DNA from: a virus
Taxonomy: Duplodnaviria; Caudoviricetes
Strand: one strand, 5' to 3'
IMG/VR virus record: IMGVR_UViG_3300048574_000149
Coordinates: 1-64,000 of that record
Length of the DNA stretch: 64,000 nt
Made by a program: the position numbers and the translations under genes. This document shows, one piece after another, positions 9,747 through 18,499 of this stretch. The notes under the pieces were generated by a model. It did not search any database. It was given only the letters and a program-made list of their open reading frames with translations, and had not been told where the DNA came from. Each line of letters begins with the position of its first letter. Position 1 is the stretch's first letter.

Positions 9747-9985
9747 AGCGTGGTGTAGTCCTTGCGCAGCGTTGCCAGTGAGTTGAGCACCGACAGAACA
9801 TCGGTGACCGAGACGCGCGACGTGCGCGAAACCAGCACCGCGATGGTGCTCATTTTGAGCCCAGCCTTCAGCATGGCGTCGGTGTTCTGGCTGATCTTGA
9901 CGATCGCCTCGGCGAGAATCTTGGCGTCGACCGGCGCCTCGGGATTTTGCTCGACGATCACTCGCCGCGCTTTGGAAGCTGACAT
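9743..9985 (-). CDS. Hypothetical protein
   Basis: ORF from MSASKARR, coupled to thyX. Confidence 0.65.
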   Translation of the reverse strand: MSASKARRVIVEQNPEAPVDAKILAEAIVKISQNTDAMLKAGLKMSTIAVLVSRTSRVSVTDVLSVLNSLATLRKDYTTL

Positions 9986-10266
9986 GAAATCTTGTCTCCG
10001 TTCTGAACCATTTCGAATGGGGCGGGGCAGGCGTATTCCTCGCGAACGCACTGATCGCCGAATGTGCAACCGCCGCGGCCGCACATTTCGACCTTATTCG
10101 ACATCAGGCATTGCTTCTTCGGCGCCGGCATATCGACCGCGCCGGTTTTGTCCGAGCACGCTGTGACAACGGCGAGCACAAAACAGAGCGTGACGCCAAA
10201 TGCGAAGCCCTGGAGCCGGTGATAGCCAGGCTCGGAAGTTGGCTCGATGACCGGCTCGTAGCTCAT
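9958..10266 (-). CDS. Cys-rich putative lipoprotein
   Basis: TM segment then VTAC lipobox; six further Cys. Confidence 0.6.
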   Translation of the reverse strand: MSYEPVIEPTSEPGYHRLQGFAFGVTLCFVLAVVTACSDKTGAVDMPAPKKQCLMSNKVEMCGRGGCTFGDQCVREEYACPAPFEMVQNGDKISCQLPKRGE

Positions 10267-10484
10267 GTCTTTATCTCGTGCGCCATCTTGATGCGGTCGC
10301 CGACCTTCAAGAGAACGTCGGCCATACCCTGCGAATCCGGAGTGCCATTAAGTTCGTCGGAGAACATGGTTCCGACCTGCATCGCTTCGCGATAGGTCAT
10401 GTTGCGGAACAGATCGCCCATCTGCTTCACGCGCGGCGTGACAGACTCGAAATCGTCGGGCTTGACCTCTTTGTCGGCGCTCAT
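10263..10484 (-). CDS. Hypothetical protein
   Basis: ORF track; coupled to the downstream gene. Confidence 0.65.
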   Translation of the reverse strand: MSADKEVKPDDFESVTPRVKQMGDLFRNMTYREAMQVGTMFSDELNGTPDSQGMADVLLKVGDRIKMAHEIKT

Positions 10485-10489
10485 GTTTC

Positions 10490-10715
10490 AAACCTGTTGG
10501 GATCGAAACTCCGGGAGACGCAAAACCTGCTCCCGGAGTGCTCGATCAGAAAACGAGTGTCCAAATATCGAATTCCACAGTTGCTACCCGACAGCGGACA
10601 ACCACAAAACCGACCTCAGTCACCCTGGAGGCGCTCGCGGCGGAAAGGTACGTCGCGAGAGTTTTCCTCGAACCGCCGGTGTTACATTCCGCCACCGCCG
10701 GCTGGGCGGTTGGCT
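10490..10715. ncRNA. Candidate structured non-coding RNA / leader
   Basis: About 225 bp without a credible ORF and packed with inverted repeats, e.g. a long stem at 10501-10547. Confidence 0.35.
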
Positions 10716-11105
10716 CTAGTCGCGAAGCGGTGCGCCGTAGCGCTCCATCGCTTGCACGCCGAGAGCCGAAACCTTGCGAAGGAAGGGGAGAGCGTTGGTA
10801 GCGCCGTCGGGCCTGTACCAGGCTTCGCGCGCGTCGCTCAGACACTTCTCCATGCAGAGAATGACCTCGCCCGGCAGCAGATGCGGCGGGGCGCCCTCGT
10901 GACGGGCTGCGTTGCCGAGGCCGGCGTCCTGATAGTCGCGCTCGCTGTCGATCGCGGCATAGGCTGCGAAGCGCGGCGCCTGAAGATCGTGTTCGAGCTG
11001 GGAGAGGATCTTGTCGAGGCGATCGCCGGGCTCGCCGCCGATCAGTTTGTTGCCGACAAGGTCACGGGCTTCGTGAAGAAGCCCGGCAATTTTGGAGAGC
11101 GACAT
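10716..11105 (-). CDS. Hypothetical protein
   Basis: ORF downstream of the promoter/operator at 11132-11152, GAGG RBS. Confidence 0.7.
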   Translation of the reverse strand: MSLSKIAGLLHEARDLVGNKLIGGEPGDRLDKILSQLEHDLQAPRFAAYAAIDSERDYQDAGLGNAARHEGAPPHLLPGEVILCMEKCLSDAREAWYRPDGATNALPFLRKVSALGVQAMERYGAPLRD

Positions 11106-11131
11106 TTGCGCCTACCTCGCTGTTCGTGTTC

Positions 11132-11145
11132 AGTCAGTGCTGACA
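11132..11145. promoter_or_regulatory. AGTCA-N4-TGACT operator (1 mismatch)
   Basis: AGTCA GTGC TGACA next to GCTATAGT. Confidence 0.8.
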
Positions 11146-11175
11146 CTATAGCGAGTTGTGCGAGGGAGCTTCCGG

Positions 11176-11817
11176 CTAGCGGCGGCTCTTGATGCGCTGG
11201 ATAATCAGGGTGTGCAGGGCAGGGTCGCCCGCCATCGCCACATGCGGCTGACGCCAGACCTGGTTCTTGGCGCCGTTCACATAAGCCCCGCCGCAGCAGA
11301 TCACGAGCGGGATCCGGTTCGCCGGGTTGTAGAAGGCATAAGTGATCGTCTTGGGCCGCGCGCCGATATTGGCGACCGTGGCGTCGACCGAGAAGGTCAT
11401 TTTCGAGCCCTCGGTCGCAACAACCCGGTCCGCGCCAGCCGAATGCCCGACATAGGCGACGAAATCACCGCGGGCGCGGGCTTCCGCCGAAGCTGAATAA
11501 GGGTTCACATAGTGGCTGTAGACCTGGGCGTCCCAGCCCTGCCGGCGCATCTTGGCGGCGAGGTCGTTGAACTGGCACTTGTCGAACATGAACAGACCAC
11601 AGGCCAGCACCACGGTGGTCTTGCCCGAGGCCTTGGGCGCCGCCTGGCGCCGGATTGTAGGCTTGGTCGGCGGCTTTGCCGCCGGGTAGCAGTAATTGGC
11701 CTGTAGACAGCGCTCCGCCTGGCTGCCGGCGGGCGCCGCCGGCTGGGCAAGAGCGGCCGCGATCGGGACCAGGGTGAAGACGGTAAGGAGGTAGAGTCGA
11801 GCCAGAAGCGGACGCAT
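11176..11817 (-). CDS. Secreted small alpha/beta-hydrolase-like protein
   Basis: Signal peptide ending ALA-Q; YVGHSAG nucleophile-elbow motif; late His (QPHVAM). Confidence 0.6.
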   Translation of the reverse strand: MRPLLARLYLLTVFTLVPIAAALAQPAAPAGSQAERCLQANYCYPAAKPPTKPTIRRQAAPKASGKTTVVLACGLFMFDKCQFNDLAAKMRRQGWDAQVYSHYVNPYSASAEARARGDFVAYVGHSAGADRVVATEGSKMTFSVDATVANIGARPKTITYAFYNPANRIPLVICCGGAYVNGAKNQVWRQPHVAMAGDPALHTLIIQRIKSRR

Positions 11818-11834
11818 GGGGTCTCCGGTATATC

Positions 11835-11848
11835 AGTCAGGACTGACT
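11835..11848. promoter_or_regulatory. AGTCA-N4-TGACT operator
   Basis: AGTCA GGAC TGACT next to GGTATAAT. Confidence 0.85.
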
Positions 11849-11850
11849 GA

Positions 11851-12444
11851 TTATACCAGAAGCGGGCCGTGCGTCTCGGGCTTTTTGAGCAGGGCGATTT
11901 GCGGCGCCGGACCGTTGAAGCCGCGCTCCCAGACGAACCAGGTGCATTCCATCGCCGGCTTGCCCAGGCCCTTGAAATCGAGCCGCCAGGTCAGCGGCAG
12001 CGCCCAGGCGGGCATGTATTCGTTGAATAGCGGGATCCGGTTCTTGGCCTGCCAATAGGTCGATTTTAGCAGCAGGGCGAGCGTGCGCGGCCGGATCTCC
12101 GTCAGGGTGTGCCGGATGATCTTCTCGGCAAGATTGAAGGGCGGGTTGGTGATCACGTCGATCATGGTGTCGACGCCAGGCTTCGCCTTGATCGTAAAGA
12201 TGTCCCGCTGCTTCACTCGTGGATCCAGCGGGTGAATATCGGTCCCAGTCACGGGCAGACCGAACGCCTCGATCTCGGCCGCCATCATGTAATTGCCGGC
12301 GCAAGGCTCCAGCACCGGACCCTGGAAGCGATAGTGACGCATCAGCGCCACCGTCGCTTCCCAAGGTGTCGGATAGAAACCGCGAGGTTCTTGCTCGCCA
12401 CTTGCTGGATTTCCACCAGCCATCATAGCGCCGAGCCCGGTCAT
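11851..12444 (-). CDS. Orphan DNA amino-methyltransferase
   Basis: FYPTP, VLEPCAG (SAM binding) and ITNPPF (motif IV). Confidence 0.85.
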   Translation of the reverse strand: MTGLGAMMAGGNPASGEQEPRGFYPTPWEATVALMRHYRFQGPVLEPCAGNYMMAAEIEAFGLPVTGTDIHPLDPRVKQRDIFTIKAKPGVDTMIDVITNPPFNLAEKIIRHTLTEIRPRTLALLLKSTYWQAKNRIPLFNEYMPAWALPLTWRLDFKGLGKPAMECTWFVWERGFNGPAPQIALLKKPETHGPLLV

Positions 12445-12944
12445 GCGGCACCCGGCAGATGTGCCCAAGTTTTACCCGTAGCCGCTTTCCAAACCGTCAT
12501 CGTAGCGACGCCGTATTCCTTAGCTAGATTTTCATAGGTCTCTTTAGTAGCTCGGTTCCTAATTTCCAGAACTTGAGCTTCCGTCAGTTTGGCCGTGCAG
12601 TGTTTTTCGCCTCTAGTTTGCGTCCCGTGTATTTTCTTGTCGGCCAAATTCTGAGCCCGCGTGCCAAATATAAGGTTGGTATTCTTGTTGTTGTCGCAAT
12701 TACCGTCTCGATGACGAATTTCCTCACCTTTCGGAGTTGGACCGTTGAAAGCTGCGGAGACCAAGTGATGAATGTAGAGCGTCGACCCTTTGCCGTTCTC
12801 TTTTAGAGTGATGATCCAATAGCCGACTCCGCGCTTCATCTTTGTCAGCTTGCGCAGTTGCCCATTCTCGTCATTTCGCACTCGGCCCCACGAGGAGACC
12901 GAGTAACGATTTTCGAAACCTGGAATTTTAGCCCAGATCTCCAT
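12441..12944 (-). CDS. NUMOD4-HNH homing endonuclease
   Basis: EIWAKIPGFENRYSVSSWGRVR (NUMOD4) plus IHHLV..AF..IRHRDGNCDNN..NL. Confidence 0.9.
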   Translation of the reverse strand: MEIWAKIPGFENRYSVSSWGRVRNDENGQLRKLTKMKRGVGYWIITLKENGKGSTLYIHHLVSAAFNGPTPKGEEIRHRDGNCDNNKNTNLIFGTRAQNLADKKIHGTQTRGEKHCTAKLTEAQVLEIRNRATKETYENLAKEYGVATMTVWKAATGKTWAHLPGAA

Positions 12945-15211
12945 CAGGCAACTCGCTTGCTGGAGAAGTCCACCGGACAAGCTCCGGATCCGCAATCGAC
13001 GTGAACAAAATCCACATCTTCTCGTGTCGCCGTCTCCTGAATTTCCGCGGCAATAGCCTCAAACTCGTGTTTTGTTACAGGAGTTTCCGGCTGATACTCA
13101 TATGCGCTCGTATCTTGTTGAGGCATGACAGAGCAGCAACGAATGGAAAACTGACCTTCAATTAGAGTGTCCAAGAAACGATCAAAGGACACCTGATCCG
13201 GTCGATATTTTAAGGTATAGCTAATCTGGTTCCCGGAATCGGGAAGCGGCGTCACGCCGTCCTCGGCCACACCAATGAGCCAGTATTTTTCGAGCAGCCG
13301 CAGGAATTGATACTGCTCCTCGGGCGTCGCTTCGGCCGCGGTCACGACCCAATCGCCGCCGTCGAGTTCACAGACCTTCGGCCGCGTCGGGAAACCGATG
13401 ATGGTGTGGCCCTTGTAGACCTGGAGCACCTTCACCGGATAACCCTTGGCACGATATTCATTGACCAGCGGATCGTCGTCGCGGAACTGAACCCAGCGCA
13501 GATATTCGCGCATCGAGGGCAGGTGAGCGCCCTCGGTCAGCCCGAACAGCTTCGAGGTGGTGCCGGCGGGCTTGAAGGTGGTGTTGGTATGCGGCACCAC
13601 GACGCCAAGCTCCTTGGCGTATTTCTCCGCCTCATCGACGACCGCGCGCTTGAAGCGCGAGACCGTCTGCCACAAGGCTTGAGATTTCTGCTCGTCGATC
13701 AGGTCGTGCCAGGTGAATTTGAACCGATCGTAGGCCCATTCGTGGAAGCCGGTCATGCCGACGCCGATCCGGTTCGTCCGCTTGACCTCGCGCGAATAGA
13801 GACTATCCATCAGGTTCGTGCGAATGAGAGCGCGCGTCGTGGTGCGAAACGCATCCTCAGCGTCGTCATCGTTCTGGGCGTGGAACGGCACCACATCGGC
13901 GATTACGCAATAGCCGCCGAGCGACAGCAGCACGATCTCGCCGCAGGGATTGGTGATCACCTTGTAGCGAGCCTGCATCGCGGCCGAGGCCAGCGCTTTC
14001 ATGAGGGGCAGAGTTTCCGGATCAAGCTTGAACTTGGCCGACTCGGCAAAGAGCCCATCCTGGTAGACTTCCAGACCCTCGTCGTTCTGATTGAGGCGAT
14101 CGACGTTGATAAGGCCTGGCTCGCCGGTGCCGTCGTAATAGGCAGCCTCTGCGATTGCCAGCATGACACGCCAAGCGTGCTTTTCGAGCGGAGTAAGACG
14201 CTGTATCGCATAGTTGGTAAGCAGCTTGCCGGCGTTCGTAGCCGCATGCGCCTTCCGCACCGCCTCGCGAAATTCCTCGTCGATCGTGACCGAGTTATTC
14301 GAGCTCCACAGGAAGCCGCCGCGTTTGACCTCGATGAAATCGAACACCGAAGGGTCGCGCCAGCTCTTGGTTGCCATGCGCGCCGCGCGCCGCGCGCCGC
14401 CGACGAGAACACATTCCGCGGCATAGTGATCGGCGTACATCGCCGCGCGCCAGGGCTCCATATTCGCATCGCGCAGCCGGGCGATATTGGCGATCGCCGA
14501 CATCAGCGGGCCGGGGCCGGAAGCAGGGCGGCCCTGCATACCCATGATCGGCTCGTCCTTCGGCCGCACCTTCGAAAAATCGAGGATCAGCACATCGTCG
14601 CGGCGCTTCTCGAACGCCATGCGCTCGACAATCTCGATCGCCTTGGCCCAGCCTTCTCGACTGTCCGGCACCTCGAAAACTGTGACATTCCGGTCACAAT
14701 AGAGGTGCTTGGCGTTGCGCTGATCCATATAGCTCTGGATCAAGCCAAGCTGCACATCGCGGTGGTGACCGTCGATGGTGCAGATCACGATCGGCATCTG
14801 GTTCAGATCGGAGACGATCATGTTGTCGTCGTAGCAGCGGCCGACACCGGATCCGTTCAGCAATAGATAGAACATCAGGAAGGTCGACGCCGAGGTCGAA
14901 CAGTTGGTGAAGACCTCCATGTTGCGCGTCGGCTGCGTCTCGTCGCCGTGCTGCAAGTGCCGGCCCGACATCAGGGTCGAGGCCTGGCGCAGATGGTGTT
15001 CGAGGCGCGACTGTTCGCGCAATTGAAATGACAGGTTTGACCGATCCCATTTGATGCGCGGATCCAGAAGCGAATTACCAAGCGCCACGCGAGCCGCAAC
15101 GTCTTCCCAGGTTTCGATCGTGCCGTCGTTCTTCTTGCGATTGATTGTGCGGTCTGCGACAGCCTGGCCCATACCGGCAAAATAGCTGCGCGCGGGCGTG
15201 GAATGGCCCAT
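12944..15211 (-). CDS. nrdJ: Class II (adenosylcobalamin-dependent) ribonucleotide reductase
   Basis: FTNC, ITNPCGE active-site loop, RIGVGMTG, KPAGTTS, C-terminal CGSGACP; no nrdB/nrdG partner. Confidence 0.9.
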   Translation of the reverse strand: MGHSTPARSYFAGMGQAVADRTINRKKNDGTIETWEDVAARVALGNSLLDPRIKWDRSNLSFQLREQSRLEHHLRQASTLMSGRHLQHGDETQPTRNMEVFTNCSTSASTFLMFYLLLNGSGVGRCYDDNMIVSDLNQMPIVICTIDGHHRDVQLGLIQSYMDQRNAKHLYCDRNVTVFEVPDSREGWAKAIEIVERMAFEKRRDDVLILDFSKVRPKDEPIMGMQGRPASGPGPLMSAIANIARLRDANMEPWRAAMYADHYAAECVLVGGARRAARMATKSWRDPSVFDFIEVKRGGFLWSSNNSVTIDEEFREAVRKAHAATNAGKLLTNYAIQRLTPLEKHAWRVMLAIAEAAYYDGTGEPGLINVDRLNQNDEGLEVYQDGLFAESAKFKLDPETLPLMKALASAAMQARYKVITNPCGEIVLLSLGGYCVIADVVPFHAQNDDDAEDAFRTTTRALIRTNLMDSLYSREVKRTNRIGVGMTGFHEWAYDRFKFTWHDLIDEQKSQALWQTVSRFKRAVVDEAEKYAKELGVVVPHTNTTFKPAGTTSKLFGLTEGAHLPSMREYLRWVQFRDDDPLVNEYRAKGYPVKVLQVYKGHTIIGFPTRPKVCELDGGDWVVTAAEATPEEQYQFLRLLEKYWLIGVAEDGVTPLPDSGNQISYTLKYRPDQVSFDRFLDTLIEGQFSIRCCSVMPQQDTSAYEYQPETPVTKHEFEAIAAEIQETATREDVDFVHVDCGSGACPVDFSSKRVA

Positions 15212-15261
15212 CGGGAAACTCCTGATTTTCTGATTTGTTGGTCGGAGCATTAGTGTAAGAC

Positions 15262-15275
15262 AGTCAGGACTGACT
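15262..15275. promoter_or_regulatory. AGTCA-N4-TGACT operator (nrdJ)
   Basis: AGTCA GGAC TGACT. Confidence 0.85.
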
Positions 15276-15300
15276 TACTATTCTTGACGTGGAAAAATCT

Positions 15301-15900
15301 TTATGCAGCGCGAGCGAGCTTCCACATGGCGAGCATTTGCTGGAACTGATCGGTCTTGACACCGGCATGAACGACCGCAAGGGCGTCAGCCAGATGCTCC
15401 TGATCCTCGTGGATCTCGCCGGCGCGGCGCGTGACCTTGCCGCGGAACACGACATCTTTCGGATATCGCTTCCAGGGCAGGTTCGGATAGGTCTGACTCG
15501 CCCAATGAATCATTTCTTCCTTGGAGGCGGTCCTGGTGCCCACCGCGGCCATCTTGGTCTCGGCCGCCTGCACCTGAACGAGCGGAATGGGGCAGGAAGC
15601 CAGGATCCCGATCGAGAAGCCGTAGCTTGCCATGGCGCGAGCCGACTGCGAGCCGTGCGGAATTTCCGTGAAGCAGAACACGCAATTGTCGCACCAGGCT
15701 TGAAACGCGGTGTGGAGCTCGATGGCGCGCCGCAGATCGTCCGAGTTCTGACGGATTGACTTGGTCGTGCGCTTCTCGGTCGAAACCAGCTTCATGTCTT
15801 GCACGCCGATATCGAGCGTTGCCAGGTCGACCGTGACATGGATAAGCCCGAAATTTGCGAGCGCGGGATCCACGGATGCGCATCGAATGGTCTGACTCAT
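15301..15900 (-). CDS. ruvC: RuvC-like Holliday junction resolvase
   Basis: SVDPALANFG, TE-P-GSQS, ASKEEMI.WA, EHLADA. Confidence 0.8.
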   Translation of the reverse strand: MSQTIRCASVDPALANFGLIHVTVDLATLDIGVQDMKLVSTEKRTTKSIRQNSDDLRRAIELHTAFQAWCDNCVFCFTEIPHGSQSARAMASYGFSIGILASCPIPLVQVQAAETKMAAVGTRTASKEEMIHWASQTYPNLPWKRYPKDVVFRGKVTRRAGEIHEDQEHLADALAVVHAGVKTDQFQQMLAMWKLARAA

Positions 15901-16514
15901 TAGAAAATGCCCCAATTCGGGTTGGTCGCCATGACCTTCTCGATCTCGGCCTTTTCCGCTTCGCGGGCGATTTCTCGCTCCTTTTTGACCTCCAGCCGGC
16001 TCTGCTCCATTTGCTTGAGCAGAAACTTGGCCTTCGCCTGGTCGAAATTGTCACAGGCAAGATCGCCGTCTTCGCCGGCGGCGAGCGCGGTCCGCGATAT
16101 ACGCCCCAGGCAATAGCCGAGCGCCGCGACGGCGTCGCTTTCGAAATCCGGGTGCATTGCCTCGAAAATCTGCCGCTGTTCGAGCTCCACCGACTTCCAT
16201 TCGGGATCGAGTGCGACGAAGGCGAAGATCAGATTGCCGCGCTTGCCCATATAGACCTTGGACAGCCGCAGCTCTTGCTCGTTGCCAACCGGCTTCTTCT
16301 TCCAGGAGCCGTCGGCCATGTGAATGTTCATCAAGGTCGAGTTGCGGAGCGTGTAGAATTTCTCCGAACCGATCTTCTCGGTCATTTGCTCGCACATCTT
16401 GGCGAGGGCTCGATCAGCCGCTTCCTTGTCGGCAGGAAGCGGCACACTCTCTCCACCAACCACTACGGTCGGTTCTTCAACTCTAGGTCGGGATGGTCGT
16501 CGTCGGATTGCCAT
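15900..16514 (-). CDS. Hypothetical protein with C-terminal WGxF
   Basis: ORF after the promoter/operator at 16523-16549; ends NPNWGIF. Confidence 0.75.
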   Translation of the reverse strand: MAIRRRPSRPRVEEPTVVVGGESVPLPADKEAADRALAKMCEQMTEKIGSEKFYTLRNSTLMNIHMADGSWKKKPVGNEQELRLSKVYMGKRGNLIFAFVALDPEWKSVELEQRQIFEAMHPDFESDAVAALGYCLGRISRTALAAGEDGDLACDNFDQAKAKFLLKQMEQSRLEVKKEREIAREAEKAEIEKVMATNPNWGIF

Positions 16515-16522
16515 GATCTACC

Positions 16523-16536
16523 AGTCAGTGATGACT
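16523..16536. promoter_or_regulatory. AGTCA-N4-TGACT operator
   Basis: AGTCA GTGA TGACT next to GCTATAGT. Confidence 0.85.
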
Positions 16537-16553
16537 GATCTACTATAGCAGAA

Positions 16554-17036
16554 TTATTTGTGGAGCTGCGTCCAGCGTTTCCAGGCATTCTCAATCGGTC
16601 TATCGACCGAAAGCGCATAGGAGACGCAATTGCCGGTGCCGCCTTTGGATCCATCCCAAAGCGCCAGCACCTTGTTGCACTTGTTCACCATCCACTTGTT
16701 GCGGACGTGCATCTTGTGCGCGGCGTAACCGCCTGGCGAGACCAGCACCTCCTTAGCGGCCTTGCTCCGAAGTGCCTCCCAAATGCACCGATAATCGTAG
16801 CTCCACAGTGATTCCTGACCTACGCAGGGGATCGCCGCGACAAAGGGAATGGTCAATTCGTGCGCGGCGTGCGCTAAAGCCAGGTCCCAGCCTGCTGCCA
16901 TGCCGGAGATTATCAGGCTGGGACCTGATTCAAGACGGACAATTTCGCCCCTTGCGAAATCCTTCAACCGCAAATGCTGCGGGCGACCCCAGCCGCCGAG
17001 TTTGTCAGGGCGGTGACCCGTGCCGGCGAGAATCAT
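16554..17036 (-). CDS. SLOG-superfamily (DUF1273/YspA-like) protein
   Basis: AGTGHRP, ISGMAAGWD, RNKWMV, ALWDGSKGGTGNCV. Confidence 0.85.
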   Translation of the reverse strand: MILAGTGHRPDKLGGWGRPQHLRLKDFARGEIVRLESGPSLIISGMAAGWDLALAHAAHELTIPFVAAIPCVGQESLWSYDYRCIWEALRSKAAKEVLVSPGGYAAHKMHVRNKWMVNKCNKVLALWDGSKGGTGNCVSYALSVDRPIENAWKRWTQLHK

Positions 17037-17245
17037 GACCTGTTCTCGTCGAACCAGTTCGTATCGATATCCCTTGGCTGGCCCGCTTCGATTCGATCGG
17101 CGAGATAGGTAAGAGCATCAAACGAGGCAAGATGCTTGCAGGTCGAATACAGGTGATTCAGCCTAAATTGCCGTCGCGCATCTTCAAGCTGATCCTGAGC
17201 CAGCGACCGTAGCAGCTTTACGCTCCAGTCTTGCGAAACTTTCAT
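17033..17245 (-). CDS. Hypothetical protein
   Basis: Coupled ORF. Confidence 0.55.
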   Translation of the reverse strand: MKVSQDWSVKLLRSLAQDQLEDARRQFRLNHLYSTCKHLASFDALTYLADRIEAGQPRDIDTNWFDENRS

Positions 17246-17454
17246 TTCGCCCTCGCGCGCCGGTAGCGTCTCCACCGACGACCAACCCGGCGCGCCCAGA
17301 GCTTGTTGCCTGTCGGATCGTATGGATCGCGAAGCTCATAGGCGACGTGGTCGCAAAAGTAATACCACCAAAGCCGGAACACGTTCATTGCGGCCACCGC
17401 ATCGGTATGACGCACAGGCACGCCCTGACCGACAATCCGAATACATTTCGCCAT
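17242..17454 (-). CDS. Hypothetical basic protein
   Basis: AAGGAG RBS; Arg-rich C-terminus. Confidence 0.55.
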   Translation of the reverse strand: MAKCIRIVGQGVPVRHTDAVAAMNVFRLWWYYFCDHVAYELRDPYDPTGNKLWARRVGRRWRRYRRARAK

Positions 17455-17481
17455 ATCGTTCTCCTTCAATTGTTCGATGAT

Positions 17482-18051
17482 TCAGTGTCGCACAGCGCTC
17501 AACGGATTTCGGTTGGCATCGTGCGGTTGATGATGATCGGGCTCGATGCGGCGCGGAAACGCCTGCATTCGCTCCTTGACCTGATCGAGCGAGACGGGAA
17601 CGAAGCCCCAGCAATCCACGCCGACATCGCAGCTTTGACTGTCGCCTTGCAGATTGCCGTGACTGTGCCCGAAGAAATGCAGCGCGCCGTAATGCGACAT
17701 ATTCCAGGTCCGCATCGCGTAATGGCAAAGCGTGATCGGCAGCATGTCCAGCTTTTTCAAAATCACCATGCGATCGACGGCAGCCCAGCCGCTGGCCTTC
17801 TTCACCAGCCGGCTGTGATCGTGATTGCCAAGAACCAGAATCTTCTCGCCCTTGAGGCGCTGCAGGTATGGCGTGTGATCCTTCATGGCAAAGTCACCGA
17901 GAACATAGACTGTGTCGCGAACGCTGACCTGCTTATTCCAGTTGCCGATGATCGCGTCGTCCATTTCCTCCGCAGAGATAAACGGACGATTTGCCAATTC
18001 GATCATTCGCTGATGGCCAAGATGAAGATCGGCCGTGAACCATCGGCTCAT
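17482..18051 (-). CDS. Calcineurin-like metallophosphoesterase
   Basis: DLHLGH, LGD, GNHD, CHY, GHSH motifs. Confidence 0.9.
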   Translation of the reverse strand: MSRWFTADLHLGHQRMIELANRPFISAEEMDDAIIGNWNKQVSVRDTVYVLGDFAMKDHTPYLQRLKGEKILVLGNHDHSRLVKKASGWAAVDRMVILKKLDMLPITLCHYAMRTWNMSHYGALHFFGHSHGNLQGDSQSCDVGVDCWGFVPVSLDQVKERMQAFPRRIEPDHHQPHDANRNPLSAVRH

Positions 18052-18056
18052 AACTT

Positions 18057-18293
18057 TCAAAAACCTCGCTGTCCCATAATCCAGTCGCTCGCGTAAATTG
18101 AACCGTCATCGTCTTTGCGGAGCTGTGAGATTGGAAACAGCTCCTCGACAACCTTGCCACGCTTCTTAACCGTCAGGACGACTGCCTTATCAGTGTGACG
18201 CTTCACCTCCTCGATACTGAGGAGATCAAAATCATCCCACTCACTGTCGCGGATTGTTTCGACGCGATGCAGAAGTTGGAGATCGTTATTCAT
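18057..18293 (-). CDS. Hypothetical protein
   Basis: Coupled ORF. Confidence 0.65.
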   Translation of the reverse strand: MNNDLQLLHRVETIRDSEWDDFDLLSIEEVKRHTDKAVVLTVKKRGKVVEELFPISQLRKDDDGSIYASDWIMGQRGF

Positions 18294-18499
18294 CGTTCTT
18301 TTTCCATAAAATCACCGCCGGAGAAGGCGCCAATCTCGGGCTTGCCATCGACGATATTGAGCCAGAACAGCCCGTCATCCTGATCCTGCTCGGCGTGAAT
18401 CTTCTTGGCCATTTCCATCTGCGCTTCGGGCGAAGAAAACGGACCAATCATGTCCGGATCGACACAGCCAAACACTGAAACGAGCCAATAAGTTTTCAC
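18290..18499 (-). CDS. Hypothetical protein
   Basis: Coupled ORF. Confidence 0.65.
   Translation of the reverse strand: MKTYWLVSVFGCVDPDMIGPFSSPEAQMEMAKKIHAEQDQDDGLFWLNIVDGKPEIGAFSGGDFMEKER

Noticed and set aside
11851-12944. Methyltransferase + HNH as a restriction-modification system
   Set aside because: The nuclease has the NUMOD4-HNH homing architecture and is linked to nrdJ; orphan methyltransferases are common in phages.
13307-14866. Long plus-strand ORFs (also 1866-2630, 22890-23879, 35764-36789, 44519-45685 and others)
   Set aside because: They are antisense shadows of GC3-rich minus-strand genes, with no RBS or motif support.
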